Shown here: positions 9,135-17,435 of the stretch, in pieces
Layout: each line of letters opens with the position of its first letter
Numbering within the stretch: the stretch's first letter is position 1
Source: an uncultured bacterium
GTDB lineage: Bacteria > Hydrogenedentota > Hydrogenedentia > Hydrogenedentales > JAEUWI01
Assembly (NCBI GenBank): GCA_963977445.1
Contig: CAXBPH010000081.1
Location: forward strand, 1-26,232
Length of the DNA stretch: 26,232 nucleotides
Reading direction: 5' to 3'
Notes under the pieces: generated by a model
What the model saw: only the letters and a program-made list of their open reading frames with translations
Databases searched by the model: none
What the model was told of the DNA's origin: nothing
Made by a program: the position numbers and the translations under genes

Positions 9135-9836
9135 ATGGATATCCAAGGCAACAAAGTACTCATCACCGGCGGCAGTGCAGGCATTGGACGGGCCACCGCC
9201 GCCGCACTGGTTTCGCGGGGCTGTAAGGTCGTCATCAACGGCCGTAACGAAGACAGCCTTAAAGCGGCCGCGTCGGAAATTGGTTGTGGTTATATATCCG
9301 GTGACGTGAGTGACGAGGCCGACGCCAAACACATCGTCTCCGACACCGTAAAGCAACTCGGTGGTATTGATGTGCTCGTGAACAACGCGGGTTTTGGCCG
9401 CTTTGCGGGACTCCTCGAACTGGAGGCCCACGATATGGAAACCGTATGGCGCACGAACGTCCTCGGCGCCATGTTTATGGCCCGGGAAGTGGCGAAGCAT
9501 CTGGTCGAGCAACGCTCGGGTACCATCATCAATATAGCGTCAACGGCCGGCACCAAGGGTTTCTCCGGCGGTACCGCCTACGCCTCCTCCAAGTTTGCCC
9601 TCCGCGGTATGACCGAATGTTGGCGCGAAGAACTCCGTCGTCAGGATGTGCGGGTTGTATTGATTAACCCCAGCGAAGTCATCACGGAGTTTGCGTCGCG
9701 GGCTGGATTTACGCAGGAAGCCTCAGAGAAAAAATTGCAGGCTGAAGACATTGCCCTGACCGTGGTTTCGGTACTGGAGATGGATCCCCGGGCCTTGGTC
9801 ACGGAAATGACGGTGATCGCGACTAATCCGTTTTAG
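9135..9836 (+). CDS. Classical short-chain dehydrogenase/reductase (SDR)
   Basis: TGGSAGIG cofactor motif, NNAG, catalytic Ser (NIAS) and YASSK; AAGGAG RBS. Confidence 0.95.
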   Translation: MDIQGNKVLITGGSAGIGRATAAALVSRGCKVVINGRNEDSLKAAASEIGCGYISGDVSDEADAKHIVSDTVKQLGGIDVLVNNAGFGRFAGLLELEAHDMETVWRTNVLGAMFMAREVAKHLVEQRSGTIINIASTAGTKGFSGGTAYASSKFALRGMTECWREELRRQDVRVVLINPSEVITEFASRAGFTQEASEKKLQAEDIALTVVSVLEMDPRALVTEMTVIATNPF

Positions 9837-9867
9837 GGATGTTGCCAGCAAGGGTGTCGTGGCCAGT

Positions 9868-10249
9868 TTCAGGAGCTTGGACATTCTTGTCCGAGACAAA
9901 AAACGCTCGGGTTTTTACGCCATTCTGTCTCACACGGGATGGCTCCAGGTTTCCAAGCATTTAGACGTTGCGATGAGGAGACTACTCCCCCAGAAACCGG
10001 GGGCTTCTTGTCGGACGTCGTGTACTTTGTCTTGGACAGGGTGTTGTCGCGTCTGGATTCAGGAGCTTGGACATTCTTGTCCGAGACAAAGGTAGCGCAG
10101 GTTGTCACATCAATATGGGTTAGACTGGATCATCTTGCATTTCCTGTCTGGCTTACGTCACTAGCAAGCAGATACTCCCCCAAAAAACCGGGGGCCGCTT
10201 GTCGGACGTCGTGTGCTTTGTCTTGGACAAGAATGTCCAAGCTCCTGAA
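9868..10249. repeat. Tandem pair of 190-bp REP-doublet (REPIN/BIME-like) units
   Basis: Identical 33-mer ttcaggagcttggacattcttgtccgagacaaa at 9868-9900 and 10058-10090; inverted copy with 1 mismatch at 10217-10249; a second conserved block at 9983-10038 and 10173-10229. Confidence 0.85.
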
Positions 10250-10283
10250 GGGAGTAGCCGGTACTGCGCCGTAGGCGCGAAGA

Positions 10284-10384
10284 GACGTCCGTGACTGTCC
10301 TGATGTTTGCGTAGCAGGCGTCGCGTCAATTTCGTCAACGACAGGACAGCCGCACCGATTCACGTGCACGGGCGTCGCAGTCCC
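10284..10384. repeat. Repeat cluster (caggacag family), downstream flank of the DUF1559 gene
   Basis: 10284-10306 matches 12157-12179 (22/23); 10337-10375 matches 11962-12000 (36/39). Confidence 0.8.
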
Positions 10385-10434
10385 TGTGGTCTGGAGCCAA
10401 AGCCATGTCGCCCTAAAAAGATGCCTGCCACACG

Positions 10435-10470
10435 AAAGAAGCGCGGAAGGTTCGAAAACCTCCCGCGCTT
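10435..10470 (-). terminator. Terminator-like hairpin after the DUF1559 gene
   Basis: Minus strand aagcgcgggaggtt-TTCG-aaccttccgcgctt followed by cttt; 14-bp stem with one G-U pair. Confidence 0.75.
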
Positions 10471-10524
10471 ACTATAATACATTTGTCATAGAAGTAGGAT
10501 TAGCCTATTTCAATGAAATACAAA

Positions 10525-11595
10525 CTACCATGCATATTGATCGGGGCCACGATCTTTGTTAAGCGTGGCTTTGGTCATTGGCCACGTGGCCTGGCTGTGG
10601 TCGGCCGGGTATTTGACGAAGTCTACGTGACCATCCATGTACAGAATGTTGGCGCCACCGGGGAGGTGGTTGAACATCAGGTTTACGCCCGCAGCGTCGG
10701 TTTGGCTCCAACCCCCTTCAACTCGGGTCAAGTCCCAAATAATCGGGACCGATGACTGGGCCGCGGAAGAACCGGCCGGGTTGTTGATGTCCGTGATCAG
10801 GAAGCGTTCGATACCTTCTCTGAGCAACTGAAGAGAAACCTGCCCAAAGTTGGTGGTCGTGCTGTCGGGAGCGAGGAAACCGGCAGCAACAGAACCAGCC
10901 GTCGTCGGCGGAATCGTAAAGTTGACCGAACCTGCCATCTCCGTAGCTTTGTCGGGAATAACACCGCCATCCATCACGGCTTCCGCCAAAAGACCATTGG
11001 AGGAGATATTCTCGACCCACTCACCTTTCATGAGACGATTCACGTAGATGTAACTGAAGGTATTCATAACCACTCTTACGCCGGTTGAATTGGGCGTGTA
11101 CCGTATCAAGCCGAAGAAAGGGAACTCGCCAAATGTACCATTGCTGAAACCAGCTTCAATCCAAGACGGATCGGTTGGATCATCCAAATCCATCAAGAAG
11201 GAACCTTCGACAGGATCTGGGCCGGGACTTGCCCCCACGGCCGGCCAAACACTTGATGGGCAGCGACCGATTTGGTGATCTGTGACGTACTCTGGATAAA
11301 CTACGTTCCCCATCGGCCCCATAATCTGCTGCCACATGCCGGAGTTGTTGAAATCCTCATCGTACCATTGATCGTGAGGCGGAAATAGATTGCCCTTTGA
11401 TTCGTTGGCATACATCTTGAACACAAGACCCCACTGCTTTAGATTGTTCATACAGCTGGCACGACGCGCTGCTTCACGCGCACGGGCCAAGGCAGGCAGG
11501 AGGATAGCTGCGAGAATACCAATAATTGCAATCACCACGAGCAGCTCAATAAGGGTAAAACCCTTTTTCGAATTTAGACGTCTAAAACTAATCAT
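10525..11595 (-). CDS. Prepilin-type N-terminal cleavage/methylation domain protein, DUF1559 family
   Basis: [46 protein letters not shown]-terminal [16 protein letters not shown] (H-X9-DG-type motif, here X10). The start at 11595 has GGAAGG upstream. Confidence 0.95.
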   Translation of the reverse strand: MISFRRLNSKKGFTLIELLVVIAIIGILAAILLPALARAREAARRASCMNNLKQWGLVFKMYANESKGNLFPPHDQWYDEDFNNSGMWQQIMGPMGNVVYPEYVTDHQIGRCPSSVWPAVGASPGPDPVEGSFLMDLDDPTDPSWIEAGFSNGTFGEFPFFGLIRYTPNSTGVRVVMNTFSYIYVNRLMKGEWVENISSNGLLAEAVMDGGVIPDKATEMAGSVNFTIPPTTAGSVAAGFLAPDSTTTNFGQVSLQLLREGIERFLITDINNPAGSSAAQSSVPIIWDLTRVEGGWSQTDAAGVNLMFNHLPGGANILYMDGHVDFVKYPADHSQATWPMTKATLNKDRGPDQYAW

Positions 11596-11830
11596 GAAAA
11601 AAACCTTCCCATTGGTTATTTGTTGCGATAGTGATAGAACTAAATGCATGAATGCCGAAACAACTACGGTATCCGTAACGATTACGGTCCTTTCTTTCCA
11701 CGTACGCCACGCGTTAGAGCTTCAGGTTATTTACATTAAAGCAGCCACAGCGCATTTATACTATTGCCCGCCATAACGAACTTTAGAACGCGAATGTGCT
11801 ATTCAAACCGAAGAGTACTTACCCGTGTTC

Positions 11831-11868
11831 AGTATAGTGAGTTTTCTGAAAATGTAAAGAAAAAAATT
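11831..11868 (-). promoter_or_regulatory. Putative sigma70 promoter with UP element for the DUF1559 gene
   Basis: Minus strand TTTACA (11858-11853), 16 nt, TATACT (11836-11831), with a T tract immediately upstream. Confidence 0.55.
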
Positions 11869-11961
11869 GGACCCGCTAATATTTATGCCCATGACACTAT
11901 TCTGGCTTTGTAATAGGAGCTAAAACCTTCGGCCTACGACAGGCGTTGAGTCAGCCTCGCT

Positions 11962-12363
11962 AACGTCAGGACAGCCACACCGGTTCACGTGCACGGGCGT
12001 GGGAAAGGTCATATTGCTGGACGTCACGTGTTTGTGGGTAGCAACCTACGTGGGGCGCGGCAGTCCCTTGTCTCTGGGACTATCTCGGACTCCGTGTTTG
12101 CACGTTTGCATGGGGGTGTTGGCCGTCAGATGAACGCGTATTGGCGGGAGGTCGTCGACGTCCGTGACTGTCCCGATGTCGCGTCGTCCAAACTGTAGCG
12201 TCACATCGGGCGCGGTCCCTTACCCACAAGCTCCGTCGTTCCTCCTCCGCTTGAGGGTGGCACCCTGCGGGGATGTGCGTGCTCGGTCAGTGGGCTTTTG
12301 GGGATGGTCGTCGTGTGCGTTGTCTCGGGCGCGCCGTGGCGGGAATGTCCAAGATCCTGGAGG
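11962..12363. repeat. Repeat cluster upstream of the DUF1559 gene and downstream of the ABC gene
   Basis: Copies of 10337-10375 and 10284-10306; agtccc/gggact hairpin at about 12062-12081; degenerate copy of the 10201-10249 REP end at about 12308-12363 (gtcgtgtgcgttgtctcgg...gaatgtccaagatcctgga). Confidence 0.7.
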
Positions 12364-12375
12364 GGTCACGCCTGT

Positions 12376-14148
12376 TTAGTTCAGGTCTTCCAGTTGCACG
12401 GCGCCGAACTGCTCTTCGCAGAGGGCGCGGTAGGGGCCGTCTTCGTTGATGAGGCCGTCGTGGGTGCCTTCCTGGACGATTTTTCCCTCTTCAATCACGA
12501 CCACCCGGTCGCAGTCGATGATGGTGGCCAGGCGGTGGGCGATGACCAAGGTGGTGCGGCCCTTCATGAGGTGATCGAGGGCATCTTGGATAATGTTTTC
12601 CGCGTGGGAGTCCAGGCTGGAGGTGGCCTCGTCGAGGATGAGGATGGCCGGGTCGCGCAAAAAGGCCCGGGCAATGCTGAGGCGCTGTTTCTGTCCACCG
12701 CTGAGGGTGACCCCCCGCTCACCAATGACGGTGTCGTAGCCTTTGGGGAGCTCGTTGACGAATTCGTCTACGTGGGCCATGCGGGCCGCTTCGCGCATGT
12801 CGGCTTCTGTGGCACCCCGTCGGCCGTAAAGTATGTTTTCCCGGATGGACCCACCGAAGAGGATGGCGTCTTGCATAACCATGCCGATTTTTTCCCGGAG
12901 GGAATGGAGGGTGACGTCTCGAATGTCCTGGCCATCAATGCGGACGGAACCCTGTTTCACATCGTAAAACCGGGGCACCAGTTTCACCAGCGTGCTCTTT
13001 CCACCACCGCTTCGGCCCACAATGGCCACGGCCTGGCCCGGTGCCACATCGAGGGAGACGCCATCGATTACGGGCTGGTCATCCAGATAGGAAAAGTGTA
13101 CGTCGTCAAAGGTGATGCGCCCTTCCGTCAACGCCAGGGGCCGGGCGTCCGGCGCATTGTCGATGTCGGGTTCTACATCGAGGATCTCGAATACCCGGTC
13201 CATGCCTGCGAGCTGCATCTGGACGGCGGCGGAGGCATCGGCGAGGCGTCGGGTGGGCAGATAGAGGTGGGAGAGAATACCGCTGAAGGCCACGAGTTCA
13301 CCGGGATCGAGACTGCCCGTCACCACGAGATAGGTGCCGAAGCAGATGACCACGATGGGCCCGATCATGGTGAAGAATTCGCCAAACTGAAACATGGAAA
13401 CGTGGATGCGAACCCGTTTCATAATTTCATCGAAATACACGCGGTGTTCGGCGAAAAAACGAAGGCGCTCCGAGCGCTCCCGTACAAAGGAGATAACCAC
13501 GCTCTGGCCCGAGAGCTTTTCGTTGATTTCACCGGAGAGTTCGGACATTTGCTTCTGAACCCGTTGGGACGCCACCCGCAAGCGGGGATTGAGTACGCCG
13601 AAGACGATGGCATACATGGGCAGGGTCAGCAAGCTGACGGCGGCCAGTTTCCAGTTCCAGAAGAGGAAGAGCCACGTTACGACGCCCACCAGGAAGATGA
13701 GATCGACGGCAACCGACATGACACCCCGATCGAGGATGCCCTGGGCGGTGTTGATATCGTTGGTCAGCCGGGAGGTCGTGGTGCCCGTCCGTTGTTGGGC
13801 GTGGTAGGAAAGGCTGAGGCGCTGCACGTGGGCATAGAGGGCATTGCGGATATCGAAGATGGTGCGATTGCCCGCCAACTCCGCCCAATAGGAGCGGTAA
13901 TAGGAAATGGGGATGCGCCCGATGAAAACGACGAGCAGGACGGTGACCACCTGGAAGAGGCGGGTCATCTTTTCTTCGTCGGGGATATCGGCCAGTATTA
14001 CATGGTCGATGACGTAGCCGAGGGACAGGGGGATGAGGAGAGCGAGAGTGAACTTTAATACGCCGGTTACTACAGAACCCAGGATATAGGGCCAATAGGG
14101 ACGGGCGTAACGCAGGAATCGCCAGAATGTTTCGGAGCCGAACTTCAT
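12376..14148 (-). CDS. ABC exporter, fused permease plus ATPase (MsbA/Sav1866-like half transporter)
   Basis: Hydrophobic TM domain, Walker A GRSGGGKST, Q-loop VMQD, signature LSGGQKQR, Walker B/D-loop LILDEATSSLD, H-loop AHRL. The likely start is MKFGSETF at 14148 (590 aa). Confidence 0.95.
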   Translation of the reverse strand: MKFGSETFWRFLRYARPYWPYILGSVVTGVLKFTLALLIPLSLGYVIDHVILADIPDEEKMTRLFQVVTVLLVVFIGRIPISYYRSYWAELAGNRTIFDIRNALYAHVQRLSLSYHAQQRTGTTTSRLTNDINTAQGILDRGVMSVAVDLIFLVGVVTWLFLFWNWKLAAVSLLTLPMYAIVFGVLNPRLRVASQRVQKQMSELSGEINEKLSGQSVVISFVRERSERLRFFAEHRVYFDEIMKRVRIHVSMFQFGEFFTMIGPIVVICFGTYLVVTGSLDPGELVAFSGILSHLYLPTRRLADASAAVQMQLAGMDRVFEILDVEPDIDNAPDARPLALTEGRITFDDVHFSYLDDQPVIDGVSLDVAPGQAVAIVGRSGGGKSTLVKLVPRFYDVKQGSVRIDGQDIRDVTLHSLREKIGMVMQDAILFGGSIRENILYGRRGATEADMREAARMAHVDEFVNELPKGYDTVIGERGVTLSGGQKQRLSIARAFLRDPAILILDEATSSLDSHAENIIQDALDHLMKGRTTLVIAHRLATIIDCDRVVVIEEGKIVQEGTHDGLINEDGPYRALCEEQFGAVQLEDLN

Positions 14149-14157
14149 AGAGGTCTC

Positions 14158-14166
14158 ATTATACCA
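14158..14166 (-). promoter_or_regulatory. Extended -10 promoter directly upstream of the ABC start codon
   Basis: Minus strand TGgTATAAT then 9 nt (gagacctct) then ATG; no convincing Shine-Dalgarno sequence. Confidence 0.65.
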
Positions 14167-14301
14167 TGGCTCGGGGGCGGTTGACAGTTGACGGTTGGGG
14201 GCGCGGAGCCATCCAAGTCCTGAAGCGGAACGTGTTAATCGATAGTCTCTCGTGAAACATGTCGACACGACTTGTTTTTCAGCTGAATCCTGAACCATGG
14301 A

Positions 14302-14602
14302 CGTGCCGCGCAATCTGGTACTCCAGTTCGTGCGTAGGAACTGGGGTAGGTCAATGGGGTCTGTGTGTCTTGTGAAGGGCTTCTCGAGGAGAACTGAAAA
14401 CGAGATTGGGATTGTTCTTGGACTCAACGTAGGGAGGTAGTTGAATCTCCCAATCCACGCACGAATCCTCCAACGGCGCATCTTTGACCGGGAATACCGG
14501 ATCGCGCGGCACGAGGGGTGGGTTCCGTTTGTATTGGTGGAACGAAACTCCGTTAGTCCGTGCCGCGCGATCGGTCAGTGTTTTGGACTTATTCTTGTCC
14601 AA
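14302..14602. repeat. Structured intergenic region with three copies of cgtgccgcgc(g/a)atc and several hairpins
   Basis: 14302-14324 is inverted to 14491-14513 (20/23); 14500-14513 is perfectly inverted to 14559-14572; hairpin gattggga/tcccaatc at 14404-14455; degenerate REP ttggacttattcttgtccaa at about 14583-14602. Confidence 0.65.
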
Positions 14603-14630
14603 CCGGGTACGCTGATTTCGATCAATTCCT

Positions 14631-15158
14631 TTAGCTGGCTTCGTCCCGCAGGAGGCCATACATGAGACCGTCGGTGTATTTGCCGTTCTTGTAGAAGCGC
14701 TCCCGGAGGCAGCCTTCCAGCCGGAAACCAACCTTTTCGAGGACCCGCCCCGATGCCGGATTCCAGCCGTAGTGCCACGATTCCAGCCGATGGCAGTCGG
14801 TGGCCTCAAAGGCATAGGGCACGAAGGCCCGGAGGACTTCCGTCATGTAGCGCTTGCCCCAGAAGGCTTCCGACAACCAGTAGCCTACGGCGGGGGTGCG
14901 GGAAAGCACATCATCGCGGGGAACAACACCAATGCCGCCCACGACCTCTTCGTCGATTTCGATGGCGAATTCCGTGCACGGGCCCGCGTCGGCGGCGCGT
15001 GCGATGAGCCAGGCATCGGCATCCGCTTCCGTATAGGGCGAGGGAAATACATCGGAGAGGTTCTGGGCGACATTGGGATTGTCCGCATGGCGTAAGAGGT
15101 CGGTCTTGTCTTCCGGGCGCCAGGGGCGCATTCGACATCGGGGTGTTTCGATTTCCAC
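14631..15158 (-). CDS. GNAT N-acetyltransferase, RimJ/RimL-like
   Basis: IETPRCRMRPW, FPSPYTEADA, VGYWLSEAFWGKRYMTE, NPASGRVLEKVGFRLEG. GTG start at 15158 with AAGGA RBS. Confidence 0.92.
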   Translation of the reverse strand: MEIETPRCRMRPWRPEDKTDLLRHADNPNVAQNLSDVFPSPYTEADADAWLIARAADAGPCTEFAIEIDEEVVGGIGVVPRDDVLSRTPAVGYWLSEAFWGKRYMTEVLRAFVPYAFEATDCHRLESWHYGWNPASGRVLEKVGFRLEGCLRERFYKNGKYTDGLMYGLLRDEAS

Positions 15159-15420
15159 GTTATTTTCCTTTGAAGTTGGTGGTTGCTGCGTATCGCCTAT
15201 AACTCCTTGGGGGCGATGCATACTTTCGGGCTGGGACGTTCCTTTCGATGGGGTACCAGCCGCATTTTTCAGAGAAGTGGTCCGAAGCCACGAAGACTAG
15301 AGGTTTTCGCACAATCAGCGCCCAGATAACTTGGTTTCTGTTACAATTCGTGCTATAAGACTATAGGTTTCTTTCAGATAATTATGAGTTCCCCCGACGC
15401 AGGGCAGGAGTTTGGACCGC

Positions 15421-17208
15421 ATGAAAAAAGAACGGGTAGTCATTTTGACGGGGCCCCTCGAAGGCAAGGCTTTCGAAATCATCAACAAACTCTCCATCGG
15501 TCGGAATCCAGACAACGACTTGCAACTGGAAGACCTCCAGATTTCCCGGCAGCACGCGGTCATCGAGCAAACCAGCGCGGGCACTATGGTCCGCGATTTG
15601 GGCAGTGGGAACGGCAGCTTTGTCCGCAGTTCGGGTAGTGCCAACACCGTCGATCCCCGCCGTATCATCGAATATAAATTGTCTCACGGCGACATACTCC
15701 ATCTTGGCACGCAGGAATTGCGTTTTGAGTCGGAAGCCATGACGGAGGACGAAGCACAGGAAGCCGCCGCCAAGGCCGTTGATGAAGGCAGTGTTGGCGT
15801 CCGCTTCGACAATTCCCCGGGTGGTCACTTTGAAACCGCCAAAGCCGCCAATGTCTTCGAAACCTTTTTCCAGGCCCCGGCCGCAGGTGGTAAGGATACG
15901 CAGCTCACCGAGATTCAACAACGTCTCCGCGCGGTCTATAAAGCCAATGAAATCATTACCAGCGAACGGGATCTGAATAAACTCTTTGAACGGGTCATGG
16001 AAGAAATCTTCCAGTTAATTCCGGCTCACAATGGTGTAATCCTTCTCCATGATGAAAGTGGCGGAGAGTTGGTCACGGAATACGTGCGCTCGGGCAACGA
16101 CAAGGTGGAGGTGAAGATCAGCTCCTCCATTGTAAACCGCGCCTACGAGCATGGCGAAGCTATTATCACCTTCGACGCGGCCGATGACTCCCGTTTTGAA
16201 GCCGGTGCCAGTATTATCAGCCAGAACATCGCTTCCGCCATGTGCGCGCCTCTTACCTGTCAGGATGAGTGCCTGGGGGTCATTTACGTAGATTCCCGGG
16301 GCACGACCAATGCCTTCGTAAACAGCGATCTCGAATTGCTCGTCGCCCTGGCAGGCCCCGCAGGCGTTGCTATCAAAAATGCCCAATTCGTCCGGAAACT
16401 GGAAAAAGCCTACGCCGATACCCTGCTCGTGCTGGCAAACGCCATCGAAATGCGGGATCACTACACCGTGGGCCACACGTGGCGCGTTACCAACTTCACC
16501 ATCGAAGTCGCCAAAGAGCTCGGCTGGTCGGAAGAAAAACTCAAGGAAGTCCGCATGGGCGGTGTGCTCCACGATGTGGGCAAGATCGCCGTTGACGATG
16601 CCATTCTCCGTAAGCCGGATCGCCTGACCGACGAAGAATTTGAGAAGATCAAGGTGCACCCGGAAAAGGGCGCCCAGTTGCTGGAAAACGTGGAGTTCCT
16701 CCAGCCCCTCATCCCCTATTGCCTCTATCACCACGAACGCTATGATGGAAAAGGCTACCCCCACGGGCTCAAGGGCGAAGAAATTCCCATTGAAGGCCGG
16801 GCCCTGGCCGTCGGCGATACCTTCGATGCCATCACCAGCAATCGTCCCTACCGCAAGGGGCTGGATCCCGAAAAGGCCATCCAGATCATTGAGGAAAACA
16901 AAGGCACCCAGTTTGACCCGGAATGTGCCGATGCCCTCATTCGGTGCTATCGCAACGGAAAAATCGACCGAATCCTCCAGGATTACCACAAGAGTTCCGA
17001 GCGGAGCATCGCCTGCCCCTTCTGCAGCACCTTCATCCAGCTCGACGAAAGCACCTTTGAAGGCTCCGAAGTCTCCTGCGACGTGTGTCACCGTGCCGTC
17101 CAGGTCCTGCGCAAGAACGACGCCTGGTTTGGCGAACTCGTCCCCGAAGCCAAGCGGACCAGCAGCGTCCGCATGGAAGTACTCTCCGACGAGGGCGACC
17201 GGGGGTAG
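15421..17208 (+). CDS. FHA-GAF-HD-GYP protein (putative c-di-GMP phosphodiesterase) with a C-terminal zinc ribbon
   Basis: FHA: IGRNPDND, ISRQHA, DLGSGNGSF. GAF: DAADDSRF, SAMCAPL, LGVIYVD, DLELL. HD-GYP: RDHYTVGH, LHDVGK, HHERYDGKGYP, DTFDAITSNRPYRK. Then CPFC and CDVC. The AGGAG RBS fits the ATG at 15421. Confidence 0.95.
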   Translation: MKKERVVILTGPLEGKAFEIINKLSIGRNPDNDLQLEDLQISRQHAVIEQTSAGTMVRDLGSGNGSFVRSSGSANTVDPRRIIEYKLSHGDILHLGTQELRFESEAMTEDEAQEAAAKAVDEGSVGVRFDNSPGGHFETAKAANVFETFFQAPAAGGKDTQLTEIQQRLRAVYKANEIITSERDLNKLFERVMEEIFQLIPAHNGVILLHDESGGELVTEYVRSGNDKVEVKISSSIVNRAYEHGEAIITFDAADDSRFEAGASIISQNIASAMCAPLTCQDECLGVIYVDSRGTTNAFVNSDLELLVALAGPAGVAIKNAQFVRKLEKAYADTLLVLANAIEMRDHYTVGHTWRVTNFTIEVAKELGWSEEKLKEVRMGGVLHDVGKIAVDDAILRKPDRLTDEEFEKIKVHPEKGAQLLENVEFLQPLIPYCLYHHERYDGKGYPHGLKGEEIPIEGRALAVGDTFDAITSNRPYRKGLDPEKAIQIIEENKGTQFDPECADALIRCYRNGKIDRILQDYHKSSERSIACPFCSTFIQLDESTFEGSEVSCDVCHRAVQVLRKNDAWFGELVPEAKRTSSVRMEVLSDEGDRG

Positions 17209-17306
17209 GTGGGTCGGTTCCGGGCACAAAACGGTCTACCCCCTTGTTATTTGGCGCCCGCCACACCCGATTCCGAGGGGTATTCGGGTCCGAAATAGGG
17301 CAATTA

Positions 17307-17335
17307 TTGACTAATTCTTAGTATTATTGTATTCT
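17307..17335 (+). promoter_or_regulatory. sigma70 promoter of the giant surface-protein gene
   Basis: TTGACT (17307-17312), 17-nt AT-rich spacer, TATTCT (17330-17335). Confidence 0.7.
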
Positions 17336-17435
17336 GGCGTCGGGTAATGGCTGCCGAGATTCACGCGTGTAGCCTGCCCTGTTGGGGTTCCCAGGAGAGC
17401 CCCAGCGGCAACATCCACACCAGGAGCTCCCCTTC

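Noticed and set aside
9868..10249. Possible CRISPR array (33-nt palindromic repeat)
   Set aside because: Only two direct copies 190 nt apart plus an inverted copy; the intervals are homologous and too long for spacers; no cas genes.
12298..14058. 586-aa plus-strand ORF
   Set aside because: Exact antisense of the ABC transporter, a common shadow ORF.
14149..14481. ORF-track N-terminal extensions of the ABC gene (also 5685-5810, 8911-9135, 11596-11649, 15159-15221)
   Set aside because: The extensions lack protein-like conservation, precede clear signal peptides, RBSs or promoters, and overlap regulatory or repeat DNA.
14485..14577. SRP (4.5S) or 6S RNA
   Set aside because: Lacks the SRP domain IV GGAA-loop/CAGG-AGCA motif on either strand, and the arms belong to a motif repeated three times locally.
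17013..17208. Functional LysW carrier domain
   Set aside because: The zinc-ribbon spacing is similar, but the essential C-terminal EDWGE motif is absent and no lysine or arginine biosynthesis genes are nearby.
17342..17420. c-di-GMP riboswitch in the adhesin leader
   Set aside because: Hairpins are present, but the conserved class I and class II motifs were not found.
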